Source of the DNA: Elusimicrobiota bacterium | GTDB taxonomy: Bacteria > Elusimicrobiota > Elusimicrobia > UBA1565 | Reading direction: 5' to 3' | NCBI GenBank assembly: GCA_043819795.1 | Contig: JBDREN010000142.1 | Span: forward strand, 1 to 10,797 | Length of the DNA stretch: 10,797 nucleotides | Notes under the pieces: generated by a model | The model's input: only the letters and a program-made list of their open reading frames with translations | The model's database searches: none | Told to the model about the DNA's origin: nothing | In this document: one piece after another, positions 1 through 6,316 of the stretch | Position numbering within the stretch: the first letter of the stretch is position 1 | Layout of the letters: each line of letters begins with the position of its first letter | Position numbers and translations under genes: made by a program

Positions 1-26
1 GCGCCTTCAACAGCGGCAACGATTAG
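1..26 (+). CDS. Possible 3' end of an upstream gene (..AFNSGND*), truncated by the window edge
   Basis: Frame 3..26 has GC3-rich codons (gcc ttc aac agc ggc aac gat) ending in TAG, followed by a small hairpin (42-56). Too short to identify. Confidence 0.3.
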
Positions 27-178
27 ACGCGATGACGAACACCCACGGCCTGTGGGCTGGGATTCTTTTGCCCATTGACGCGGGGACCTCTAATGAGTGA
101 CACCGTCTTTCGCGCGGCGTTGGGGCGGGGTGCTCGCCCGAGCGGCGAAGATGAAGGGCTCCTCCTAGCAGTCCGCGG

Positions 179-970
179 CTAGAAGCGCTGGTAGGACCCC
201 TTCGCTACCGCGAGGCGGGCGAGGGCGAAGCTGATCAGGGCGAAGATCAGGGCGGCGACGAGACAAATGGAGGCGGGGATGTCGGAGGCGCCCAAGACGC
301 TCCACCGTATGCCGTTGATCAAATAAAGCAAGGGATTGAACCGCGCCGCCGTCTGAAACACCGGGTGCAGGATCTCCATCGAGAAGAACACTCCGCCCAG
401 GTATATGAGCGGAAGGATCACAAAGTTCGCGAAAGCGTTGATATGGTCGAAGCTCTTGGCCAAGAAGCCCGAACAGATCCCCAGATTGCCGAAGATCGTG
501 CAGCCCAGCACTAAGAAGGCGAGAAGACCCGCCGGATGCGCCAACCCGATCCACCCGCCCGTCAATAAGAAGAAGACGGCCTGTCCCAGGAGCAGCACCA
601 GCATCCCGACGATCCCCCCTCGGAAGACGCAGGCAAGGACATAGGCGAGCGCGATCTGATCCGGCGCCAGCGGGATCAGGCGCAGATCCTGAAGGTCCCC
701 GTGGAATTTACTGATCATGATCGAACTCGCCGAGTTCTGAAGGGCGTTGTTAAGCGACGAAAGAGCGACCAGTCCCGGAACCAGGAACTCCAAATAGGTG
801 AAGCCCTGCTGGTTGCGAAGGAGGCTTGAGAGACTCACCCCGAAGACCAGCATGTAGAGCCCCGCGCTTATGATCGGGCTGACGATCGTCTGAATGAAGA
901 CCTTGAGAAACCGCGAGGTTTCTTTTCTTACGAGAGTGACAAAGCCCGTTCGGTTCTCCCAGGCGGTCAC
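179..970 (-). CDS. ABC-2 type exporter permease (YadH-like)
   Basis: 263 aa with about 6 hydrophobic segments. Motifs KETSRF..QTIVSP, YLEFLVPGL, YLGGVFFS and NPLLYLINGIR are typical of ABC-2 membrane proteins. GTG start overlaps the ATPase TGA stop (GTGA, 967-970). Confidence 0.92.
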   Translation of the reverse strand: MTAWENRTGFVTLVRKETSRFLKVFIQTIVSPIISAGLYMLVFGVSLSSLLRNQQGFTYLEFLVPGLVALSSLNNALQNSASSIMISKFHGDLQDLRLIPLAPDQIALAYVLACVFRGGIVGMLVLLLGQAVFFLLTGGWIGLAHPAGLLAFLVLGCTIFGNLGICSGFLAKSFDHINAFANFVILPLIYLGGVFFSMEILHPVFQTAARFNPLLYLINGIRWSVLGASDIPASICLVAALIFALISFALARLAVAKGSYQRF

Positions 971-1899
971 CGCGCGCGGTCCTCCTCAAGAAGCCTGAGA
1001 AAAGCGTGCTCCAAGTCCCCTTCGTCGGTCTTTAAATCCCGGATATTGGCCAACGGAATCCCGAGGTGCTCAAGCGTCGTCTGCAGGCTCATCTTCCCTA
1101 CGACGGTCGCCCGGACGACGTTCCCCTTCCGATGGACCTCCAGAAGTCCTTTGTCGGCGTCGGGGCGCATCACCGCGCCCGGCATCTCCGCCCGCAAGGT
1201 GATAGTAAGAAGCCGCTCCGACATCTCGGAGATGATCGAGCCCGTCTCGTCCAAAGCGAGGACCTTCCCTCGGTTGATGATCGCGGAGCGTTCGCATAAG
1301 CGCTGGGCTTCCTCGAGGTAGTGAGTCGTGAGGAGGATCGTCGTTCCCCGGCGGTTGAGGTCCTTGATGTAGTCCAGGAGGATCGCGCGGAGCTCCACGT
1401 CCACACCGGCCGACGGCTCATCCAAAAGGAGCACCTTGGGCGAGTGCACGAGCGCCCTCGCGATCAACATGCGGCGCTTTAATCCGCCGCTAAGCTGGCT
1501 GATCAGCTTATAGCGCTCGGAGGTGAGTTGGAGCCGGTCGAGGAGCTCGTCGATGCGCTTGCCGTTGTCGCGGATGCCGAAGTAGCCCGAAGTGAACTCA
1601 AGCACCTCGGTGACGTTGAAAAAACCGTAGCTGACCAGCTCCTGGGGGACAAGGCCGACCAGGCGCTTGGCCTCCGGAGTCGCGGCGTGATGACCGAATA
1701 TCCTGATGTCGCCGGTCTGGTGCGTGATGATGCCGGTGATCGCGGAAATGATGGAGGTCTTTCCCGCCCCGTTAGGGCCGAGGAGAGCGAACAGCTCCCC
1801 TTCCGCCACCTCCAGGTCGATGTGATCCACGGCGACCGTCTCGCCTTCGTCGACCTTGTAGCGGACCGTGAGATCCTCGATCTTTAGGGCGGCGCTCAA
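967..1899 (-). CDS. ABC transporter ATP-binding protein (YadG-like, ABC-2 exporter)
   Basis: Walker A GPNGAGKT, Q-loop VPQE, signature LSGGLKRR, Walker B LLLDEP, H-loop TTHY. TTG start overlaps the gshB stop (TTGA, 1896-1899). Confidence 0.95.
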   Translation of the reverse strand: MSAALKIEDLTVRYKVDEGETVAVDHIDLEVAEGELFALLGPNGAGKTSIISAITGIITHQTGDIRIFGHHAATPEAKRLVGLVPQELVSYGFFNVTEVLEFTSGYFGIRDNGKRIDELLDRLQLTSERYKLISQLSGGLKRRMLIARALVHSPKVLLLDEPSAGVDVELRAILLDYIKDLNRRGTTILLTTHYLEEAQRLCERSAIINRGKVLALDETGSIISEMSERLLTITLRAEMPGAVMRPDADKGLLEVHRKGNVVRATVVGKMSLQTTLEHLGIPLANIRDLKTDEGDLEHAFLRLLEEDRAR

Positions 1900-2849
1900 G
1901 GGCTCTCCAGGAATGCGTCAAACAGCGCCCCGGCCGGGTCCGCGCCGTAGAGCGCCTCGTAGGAGGCGAAACCCGTCGGGGAAGTAACGTTTATCTCGCT
2001 CAGGCGCCCGTCGATGAAGTCCGAGCCCGCGAATACGATCCCGGACTTCTCGAGCCAGGTCTCCATCTTTTCGACCAAAACACGCTCTCTATCCGAGAGC
2101 TCGAGGGCGACCGCTTTTCCGCCCTGCGCGAGGTTGGAGACGTATTCCCCCTTTTTCGGGACCCGGACAACGCTCCCAAAATACTTTCCCCGGAAAAAGA
2201 AGCCGCGGCGGTCGCCGTCGCGCTCGACCGCGTCGTAATAGGGCTGAATCATGCACCCTCCGCCCTCCAGGGCGAACCCGCGGGGGTCCTTCAGGAAGGC
2301 CTCGCGTTCGATCCTTCGGATGTCGTTCCCGCCGTAGCCCAGCCAGGGCTTGAGCACGATATGGGAGCCGTCCAAAGACCGGACGAACTCTTCGGCGCGC
2401 TCCCAGTCCGCCGTTAGGCAGGTGGGGACGATGTCCTCGGGCCCGAGGAAGCCGCCGCCGACCGCGTCCAAGGGCAGGACCTTCTCGTGATAGCGCAGGA
2501 GAAGACTCGGCTTGTTGAGCATAAGGATGCGGCTCTCGTGGGCGGCAAGCAGCCAGCACAAAGAAATGTATTTCTGATCGAAGGGGGGGTCCTTGCGAAT
2601 GAAAGCGGCGTCAACGTCCGCCTGAAACGAAAGCTTCTCCCGAGGGCCGAGCCGCGGCAAAGTGTGTTTCGCGCAGGAACGGACGGGGTCGGCGTCTGCG
2701 TAGAGACTCGCCCCCGACCAATACACGCGTTCCGGTACGGTATAGAAAGCCTTGAATCCCCGCTTGAGCGCTTCGCGGATCATGTAGAGCGTCGTGTCCC
2801 CGTCCGGGTGGAGGTCCTGGGGCCGGTCGGCGATAAAGAGACACTTCAT
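1896..2849 (-). CDS. gshB: Glutathione synthetase (ATP-grasp)
   Basis: 317 aa. Prokaryotic GshB motifs DTT, RKDPPFD..Y, N.P..L...EK, KP..G.GG, GD.R, R.P..GE..SNLA.GG and EINVTSPT. ATGA overlap with upstream gshA. Confidence 0.92.
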   Translation of the reverse strand: MKCLFIADRPQDLHPDGDTTLYMIREALKRGFKAFYTVPERVYWSGASLYADADPVRSCAKHTLPRLGPREKLSFQADVDAAFIRKDPPFDQKYISLCWLLAAHESRILMLNKPSLLLRYHEKVLPLDAVGGGFLGPEDIVPTCLTADWERAEEFVRSLDGSHIVLKPWLGYGGNDIRRIEREAFLKDPRGFALEGGGCMIQPYYDAVERDGDRRGFFFRGKYFGSVVRVPKKGEYVSNLAQGGKAVALELSDRERVLVEKMETWLEKSGIVFAGSDFIDGRLSEINVTSPTGFASYEALYGADPAGALFDAFLESP

Positions 2850-4054
2850 AACTCAAAAGGCAGGGCGTCCGCCGGGGTCTTCCGGATGCTGATCAGACGC
2901 TCGGCGTCGGCCAGGAAATTCTCTTCCCCCAGGCGCCGGCGGACAAGGCCTCTCTCGGCCGCCGCGAGGAAAGCCTTTGCCGTTTCGTAAAGTTCATCGT
3001 TCGCGAGCCCGGTCTCCGCCCCTGTTCGCATGAGCGACCAGAGCCCGCCGGCCGTCGCGCCCGCGAACTTCCTATTGAGCCACGCCCGATTCTCGTCATC
3101 GTACAAAAGCCCCGTCAAAAGACCCACCGCCGCATAGCGCAGGCCGTCCGGGACCTGATCGAAGTAGCGCGCCTCGACGCAGCAGGGCTTGAGCCGGACT
3201 TCCGTGAAGATCTGGCGCATCGCCGGAACGGCGTTTACTTCCTGCAGCTTCGGGTCGAGATCGTTCAGGCATCTCCCTCCGGTATCCCAGACCTTCCCCT
3301 CCGCGTCGAAAGCGTACATCAGCGGCGTCCCGCAGACAAACTCGCCGTAGCTCTCAAAGCCGAAGCCCTCGTCGAAGATGAAGGCCGGGATGCCGCAGCG
3401 CGCGGGATCGGTCTCCCTCCAGACAAAGTGCCGCTCCGAGAGCCGTGAAGTCTTCTTCCCTCGGAAATACGGCGAATTGGAGAAGAGCGCGCTCAAAGCG
3501 GGCGCGGTATAGAAGCCCCCGCGGAGCATCTCGACCGCGAAGCCTTCCCCGCTGTAATCCAGGTTGATCTGCAGCCCCAAAGAGAGGCGCATCATATCTT
3601 GGCCGCGCCCTTTAAGCCCCCCGAAGTGTTTGTCCATCAATCGGTAGCGCGGGGACGGCAGGATCGGGACATCATCGGGCGCGTCCCAAGGATTCAGGCC
3701 CAGATTGAGAAACCCCGCCCCGCGTCCGGCCATGACCGAGGCGATATCCTCGTCGATTCCATTATTGATCGTCCGCAGATCGGAGATCGACGGTTGAGGA
3801 ACGGAGGAAACTTCGAGCTGCCCCCCGGGTTCGACCGAGATCGAGTGTCCCTCTTTCTTGATCGCCAAGAGCTTGCCGTCCGCCTCATGCGACGGCCCCC
3901 ATCCTCTTTGAGAAACGAGAGTCTCCAGCAGTGCGCGGACGTCGGGCTCGTATCTCAAAGGCCGCTTGTCGATCAGAAAGCGCTCCACCTCGATTCCGAT
4001 CAGGCGGCGCCCGGAGCGTTCATGGCCGGCCAGGCAGCGGCGGACGGGATTCAT
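2846..4054 (-). CDS. gshA: Glutamate--cysteine ligase (GCS2 family, plant/alphaproteobacterial type)
   Basis: 402 aa. Motifs IGIEVE, EPGGQLE, PRY, DMM...GLQINLD, LFSNSPY, R..VW..TDPAR and EVRLK..VEAR. Directly coupled to gshB. Confidence 0.88.
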   Translation of the reverse strand: MNPVRRCLAGHERSGRRLIGIEVERFLIDKRPLRYEPDVRALLETLVSQRGWGPSHEADGKLLAIKKEGHSISVEPGGQLEVSSVPQPSISDLRTINNGIDEDIASVMAGRGAGFLNLGLNPWDAPDDVPILPSPRYRLMDKHFGGLKGRGQDMMRLSLGLQINLDYSGEGFAVEMLRGGFYTAPALSALFSNSPYFRGKKTSRLSERHFVWRETDPARCGIPAFIFDEGFGFESYGEFVCGTPLMYAFDAEGKVWDTGGRCLNDLDPKLQEVNAVPAMRQIFTEVRLKPCCVEARYFDQVPDGLRYAAVGLLTGLLYDDENRAWLNRKFAGATAGGLWSLMRTGAETGLANDELYETAKAFLAAAERGLVRRRLGEENFLADAERLISIRKTPADALPFEL

Positions 4055-4061
4055 CCGGGAA

Positions 4062-4070
4062 ATCTTAGCA
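4062..4070 (-). promoter_or_regulatory. Extended -10 promoter (TGcTAAGAT) of the gsh-ABC operon, probably leaderless
   Basis: The minus strand reads TGCTAAGAT-ttcccgg-ATG, leaving 7 nt between the -10 and the gshA ATG. No Shine-Dalgarno is present. Confidence 0.5.
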
Positions 4071-4264
4071 AAGAGAGGTGCGCCGCACCGGGCATCGCCC
4101 CACCAGCGAGGTATCGATGCGGCGCATCACGGCGAGGGTCTCCTCATCGCGCCGGAGCCTTCCCCGATGGCGGATCTTCCTTCTGACTCAGCGGAGGATT
4201 TCGAGCGGCTCACCCGGAAAGGTGTCGTAGGGGATGGCAACCACGCCGTCCGGGCTTCCCTATC

Positions 4265-4481
4265 AGAGCCTGTCCCAATAACCCCGCCGGGCCTACGATT
4301 TCCTCTGATGGCCTGCGCCTGCGTTGCGACCGAGCGTTATCGCGAGGAAGTGCCGCGTCCAGACGCCGTTGGGAAGCGGCCTCTTCGCTTACATACCCTA
4401 CGGGCATGCTCGCTCATCGCGCCTTGGCTCGGCTCACCAGAGAAAATCTCGCTATCCAACAGGGTTATTGGGATAGGCTCT
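4265..4481. mobile_element. MITE / palindromic miniature insertion element (~215 bp)
   Basis: Terminal inverted repeats AGAGCCTGTCCCAATAACCC (4265-4284) and GGGTTATTGGGATAGGCTCT (4462-4481) match at 19/20. Inner IR 4297-4310 / 4435-4448 matches at 12/14. There is a near-palindrome at 4392-4408. If the ends are GAG..CTC (4266-4480), the flanks are TCA / TTA. No transposase is encoded. Confidence 0.8.
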
Positions 4482-4557
4482 TAGTCCTAATCCGACGTAG
4501 GGCGAATGTCCGCGAAAATCGCCCCCGGGGTCTCAGGCCCCGACCCCGGCGGCCCTC

Positions 4558-4588
4558 TATACTATCGACATACTTCGAACAGAAGGGG
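4558..4588 (+). promoter_or_regulatory. Putative -10 box (TATACT, 4558-4563) and RBS-like AGAAGGGG (4581-4588)
   Basis: Located upstream of ATG 4599. No clear -35 was found. Confidence 0.4.
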
Positions 4589-4598
4589 CCATACCGCT

Positions 4599-6167
4599 AT
4601 GAGCGCATTGAATAGACCGGTCATCGCATTCGCCGTGATTCTCGCCGGACTGGGCCGCGCGTCCGCGCAGTCGGTCGTCGTTGGAGCGGCGGCTTGCCGC
4701 GCGCCGGCGCTATCGGTCGGGATTCCGTCTCTGGGCGGGCTTATGGTCCAGCCCCTCTCCAGCCTGAGTCCCCTCCGGCTCCAGCCGGCCCTCACCTCGG
4801 CCCTGCCCGCTTCGCTCGTTCCCGTGGGCCTGCGCGCCGGGCCAAGGGCGCGGCGCCGAACCGCGCCCGTCGCGCGGGCCTCCCTTCCAGCACGGGCGGC
4901 GAACGCGGGCCTGAGCGACTCGTCCCGGCGCCCGGGATCGGAGCCGGCACGAGGTCCGGCCGGGAAGGGTTCTCGGGGGCGGTTGGCCGCGGCCGCTGAG
5001 GACCTGGGATACGCTTCCAAGACGCGCAGCCCCTTGGCGGCGCGCGCCAGGCTCGGCCGCCTCTTCGACGGGGCGTCCCGGCGCCTGGGGACCGGCCCGG
5101 ACATCGCCGCCCCGGTCCGGGGGGCGCCCGCCCGGACGCAGGATACGCGCATAGGCCGGGCGATCTCGCGGCTCTCCGGGTCCAAGATAGGCGCGGACAT
5201 CTATGGGTACGTCCAGGAGCGTCACGGGAATCTCGAGATAATGGTGGACGACGATCCCTCCGCCTCCTACGACGCGCGCCTGATCCGGAAACCCGGGGGC
5301 TCGACCCTCTACCTCACGCGGGGCCTCGTGGAGCGGGAGTCCCCGGAGGTCGTGGCCGCCTATGTGGCCCGCGAGCTTTCGGACCTGTATTTCGAGAACT
5401 TTCCGGCCTCGGTCGAACGAAGGTATATGGCCCAGAGCAATATGGTCCGGGTCTATGCGGAGATGACGCAAAGCGGCCTCGCTCGTGACGGCTACCGCTG
5501 GGACACGAGCCGTGACCGGCGGACAGGGAAGACCGACGCCATGCGCTGGCGGTATGAAAGCTGGAGACAGGCCGTCTCGGCCTCGAGGCGCAGCGGCAAG
5601 CGCGGCATCACCAGGTCCGCGTTCTTCGGGTTCGTGAGACGGTCCAACGACGCGAAGAAGAGCGTGCAGGCCGGGTATGGTCTCGAGGAGAATTTCAATC
5701 AGGGAAGCATCTATTACGAAGAGACCTATAGGGCGTTCAACCAGTTCGACAACTTCATCTCCAGCGAAAGGGCCTGGCTGGCGGACACGGGCCGCACGGA
5801 CCAAGCGTGGGTCGCCGGGGAGCGCCTCATGAAGGCGGCGCTCCGTCTCGACGACCATCCCCTGCCGGGCGAGAGCGAGCCGGACCCGAGGGTCGGCGAC
5901 TACGACGATCCCATGTATTCGAGGGCGCCGGCAACCGCGCTCCGGCTCGACGGCCATCCCCTGCCGGGTGACAGCGAGCCCGATCCGAGGATCGGCGACT
6001 ACGGCGATCCCATGTATTCGAGGGCGCCGGCAACCGCGCTCCGGCTCGACGATCATCCCCTGCCGGGCGAGAGCGAGCCGGACCCGAGGGTCGGCGACTA
6101 CGACGATCCGATGTATTCGATGGCGCCGGCAGCCGCGCTCCGGCTGGACGACCATCCCCTGCCGTAG
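4599..6167 (+). CDS. Secreted hypothetical protein with a degenerate zincin-like motif and C-terminal 33-aa tandem repeats
   Basis: The ORF is open from 4506, but ATG 4599 follows a -10/RBS and gives a signal peptide (MSALNRPVIAFAVILAGLGRASA|Q). It has a low-complexity P/A/R linker, a globular middle region and a repeat tail. Codons are GC3-rich in this frame. Confidence 0.8.
   Translation: MSALNRPVIAFAVILAGLGRASAQSVVVGAAACRAPALSVGIPSLGGLMVQPLSSLSPLRLQPALTSALPASLVPVGLRAGPRARRRTAPVARASLPARAANAGLSDSSRRPGSEPARGPAGKGSRGRLAAAAEDLGYASKTRSPLAARARLGRLFDGASRRLGTGPDIAAPVRGAPARTQDTRIGRAISRLSGSKIGADIYGYVQERHGNLEIMVDDDPSASYDARLIRKPGGSTLYLTRGLVERESPEVVAAYVARELSDLYFENFPASVERRYMAQSNMVRVYAEMTQSGLARDGYRWDTSRDRRTGKTDAMRWRYESWRQAVSASRRSGKRGITRSAFFGFVRRSNDAKKSVQAGYGLEENFNQGSIYYEETYRAFNQFDNFISSERAWLADTGRTDQAWVAGERLMKAALRLDDHPLPGESEPDPRVGDYDDPMYSRAPATALRLDGHPLPGDSEPDPRIGDYGDPMYSRAPATALRLDDHPLPGESEPDPRVGDYDDPMYSMAPAAALRLDDHPLP
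5838..6164 (+). repeat. In-frame tandem repeat, 99-bp unit x 3.3 (ALRLDDHPLPGESEPDPRVGDYDDPMYSRAPAT)
   Basis: Units start at 5838, 5937, 6036 and 6135. The last is 30 bp and ends at the TAG stop. Copies are near-identical. Confidence 0.97.
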
Positions 6168-6259
6168 CTCTGGCGTCAGGCGTTAACTTATTAATAACTC
6201 CCTGGAAGGGAGCTCCGTTTAGTTCCACTTTACTTGACATAACTACCTCCACCCATCGC

Positions 6260-6288
6260 TTGACGGTTCCCGCAAGGCCCCTTATACT
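6260..6288 (+). promoter_or_regulatory. Sigma70-type promoter TTGACG-N17-TATACT
   Basis: -35 at 6260-6265 and -10 at 6283-6288 with an exact 17-bp spacer. Followed by AGGAGG (6299-6304) and ATG 6317. Confidence 0.75.
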
Positions 6289-6316
6289 ACCGGTGGACAG
6301 GAGGACAAACAGCACA

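Noticed and set aside
42..70. Terminator hairpin CCCAC(G)/(T)GTGGG
   Set aside because: The stem is only 5-6 bp and the T-run is separated from it, so it is too weak to call.
2846..4054. EgtA (ergothioneine) or RiPP ATP-grasp interpretation of the left operon
   Set aside because: The neighbour has GshB-specific motifs (RKDPPFD, EINVTSPT), and no egtB/C/D or precursor gene is in the operon.
4506..4598. ORF-track start at 4506
   Set aside because: The extension spans a -10 box and RBS and would bury the signal peptide. ATG 4599 is preferred.
3966..4615. ORFs crossing the divergent intergenic region (3966-4484, 4210-4407, 4406-4615)
   Set aside because: They run through the MITE and promoters, with no motifs or RBS. 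These are chance ORFs in GC-rich DNA.
5838..6164. CRISPR array
   Set aside because: Whole 99-bp units are near-identical with no unique spacers, the repeat is in frame within a CDS with synonymous variation, and no cas genes are present.
6260..6316. ORF-track TTG start at 6260
   Set aside because: The TTG is the -35 hexamer of a 17-bp-spaced promoter, and the RBS points to a downstream ATG.
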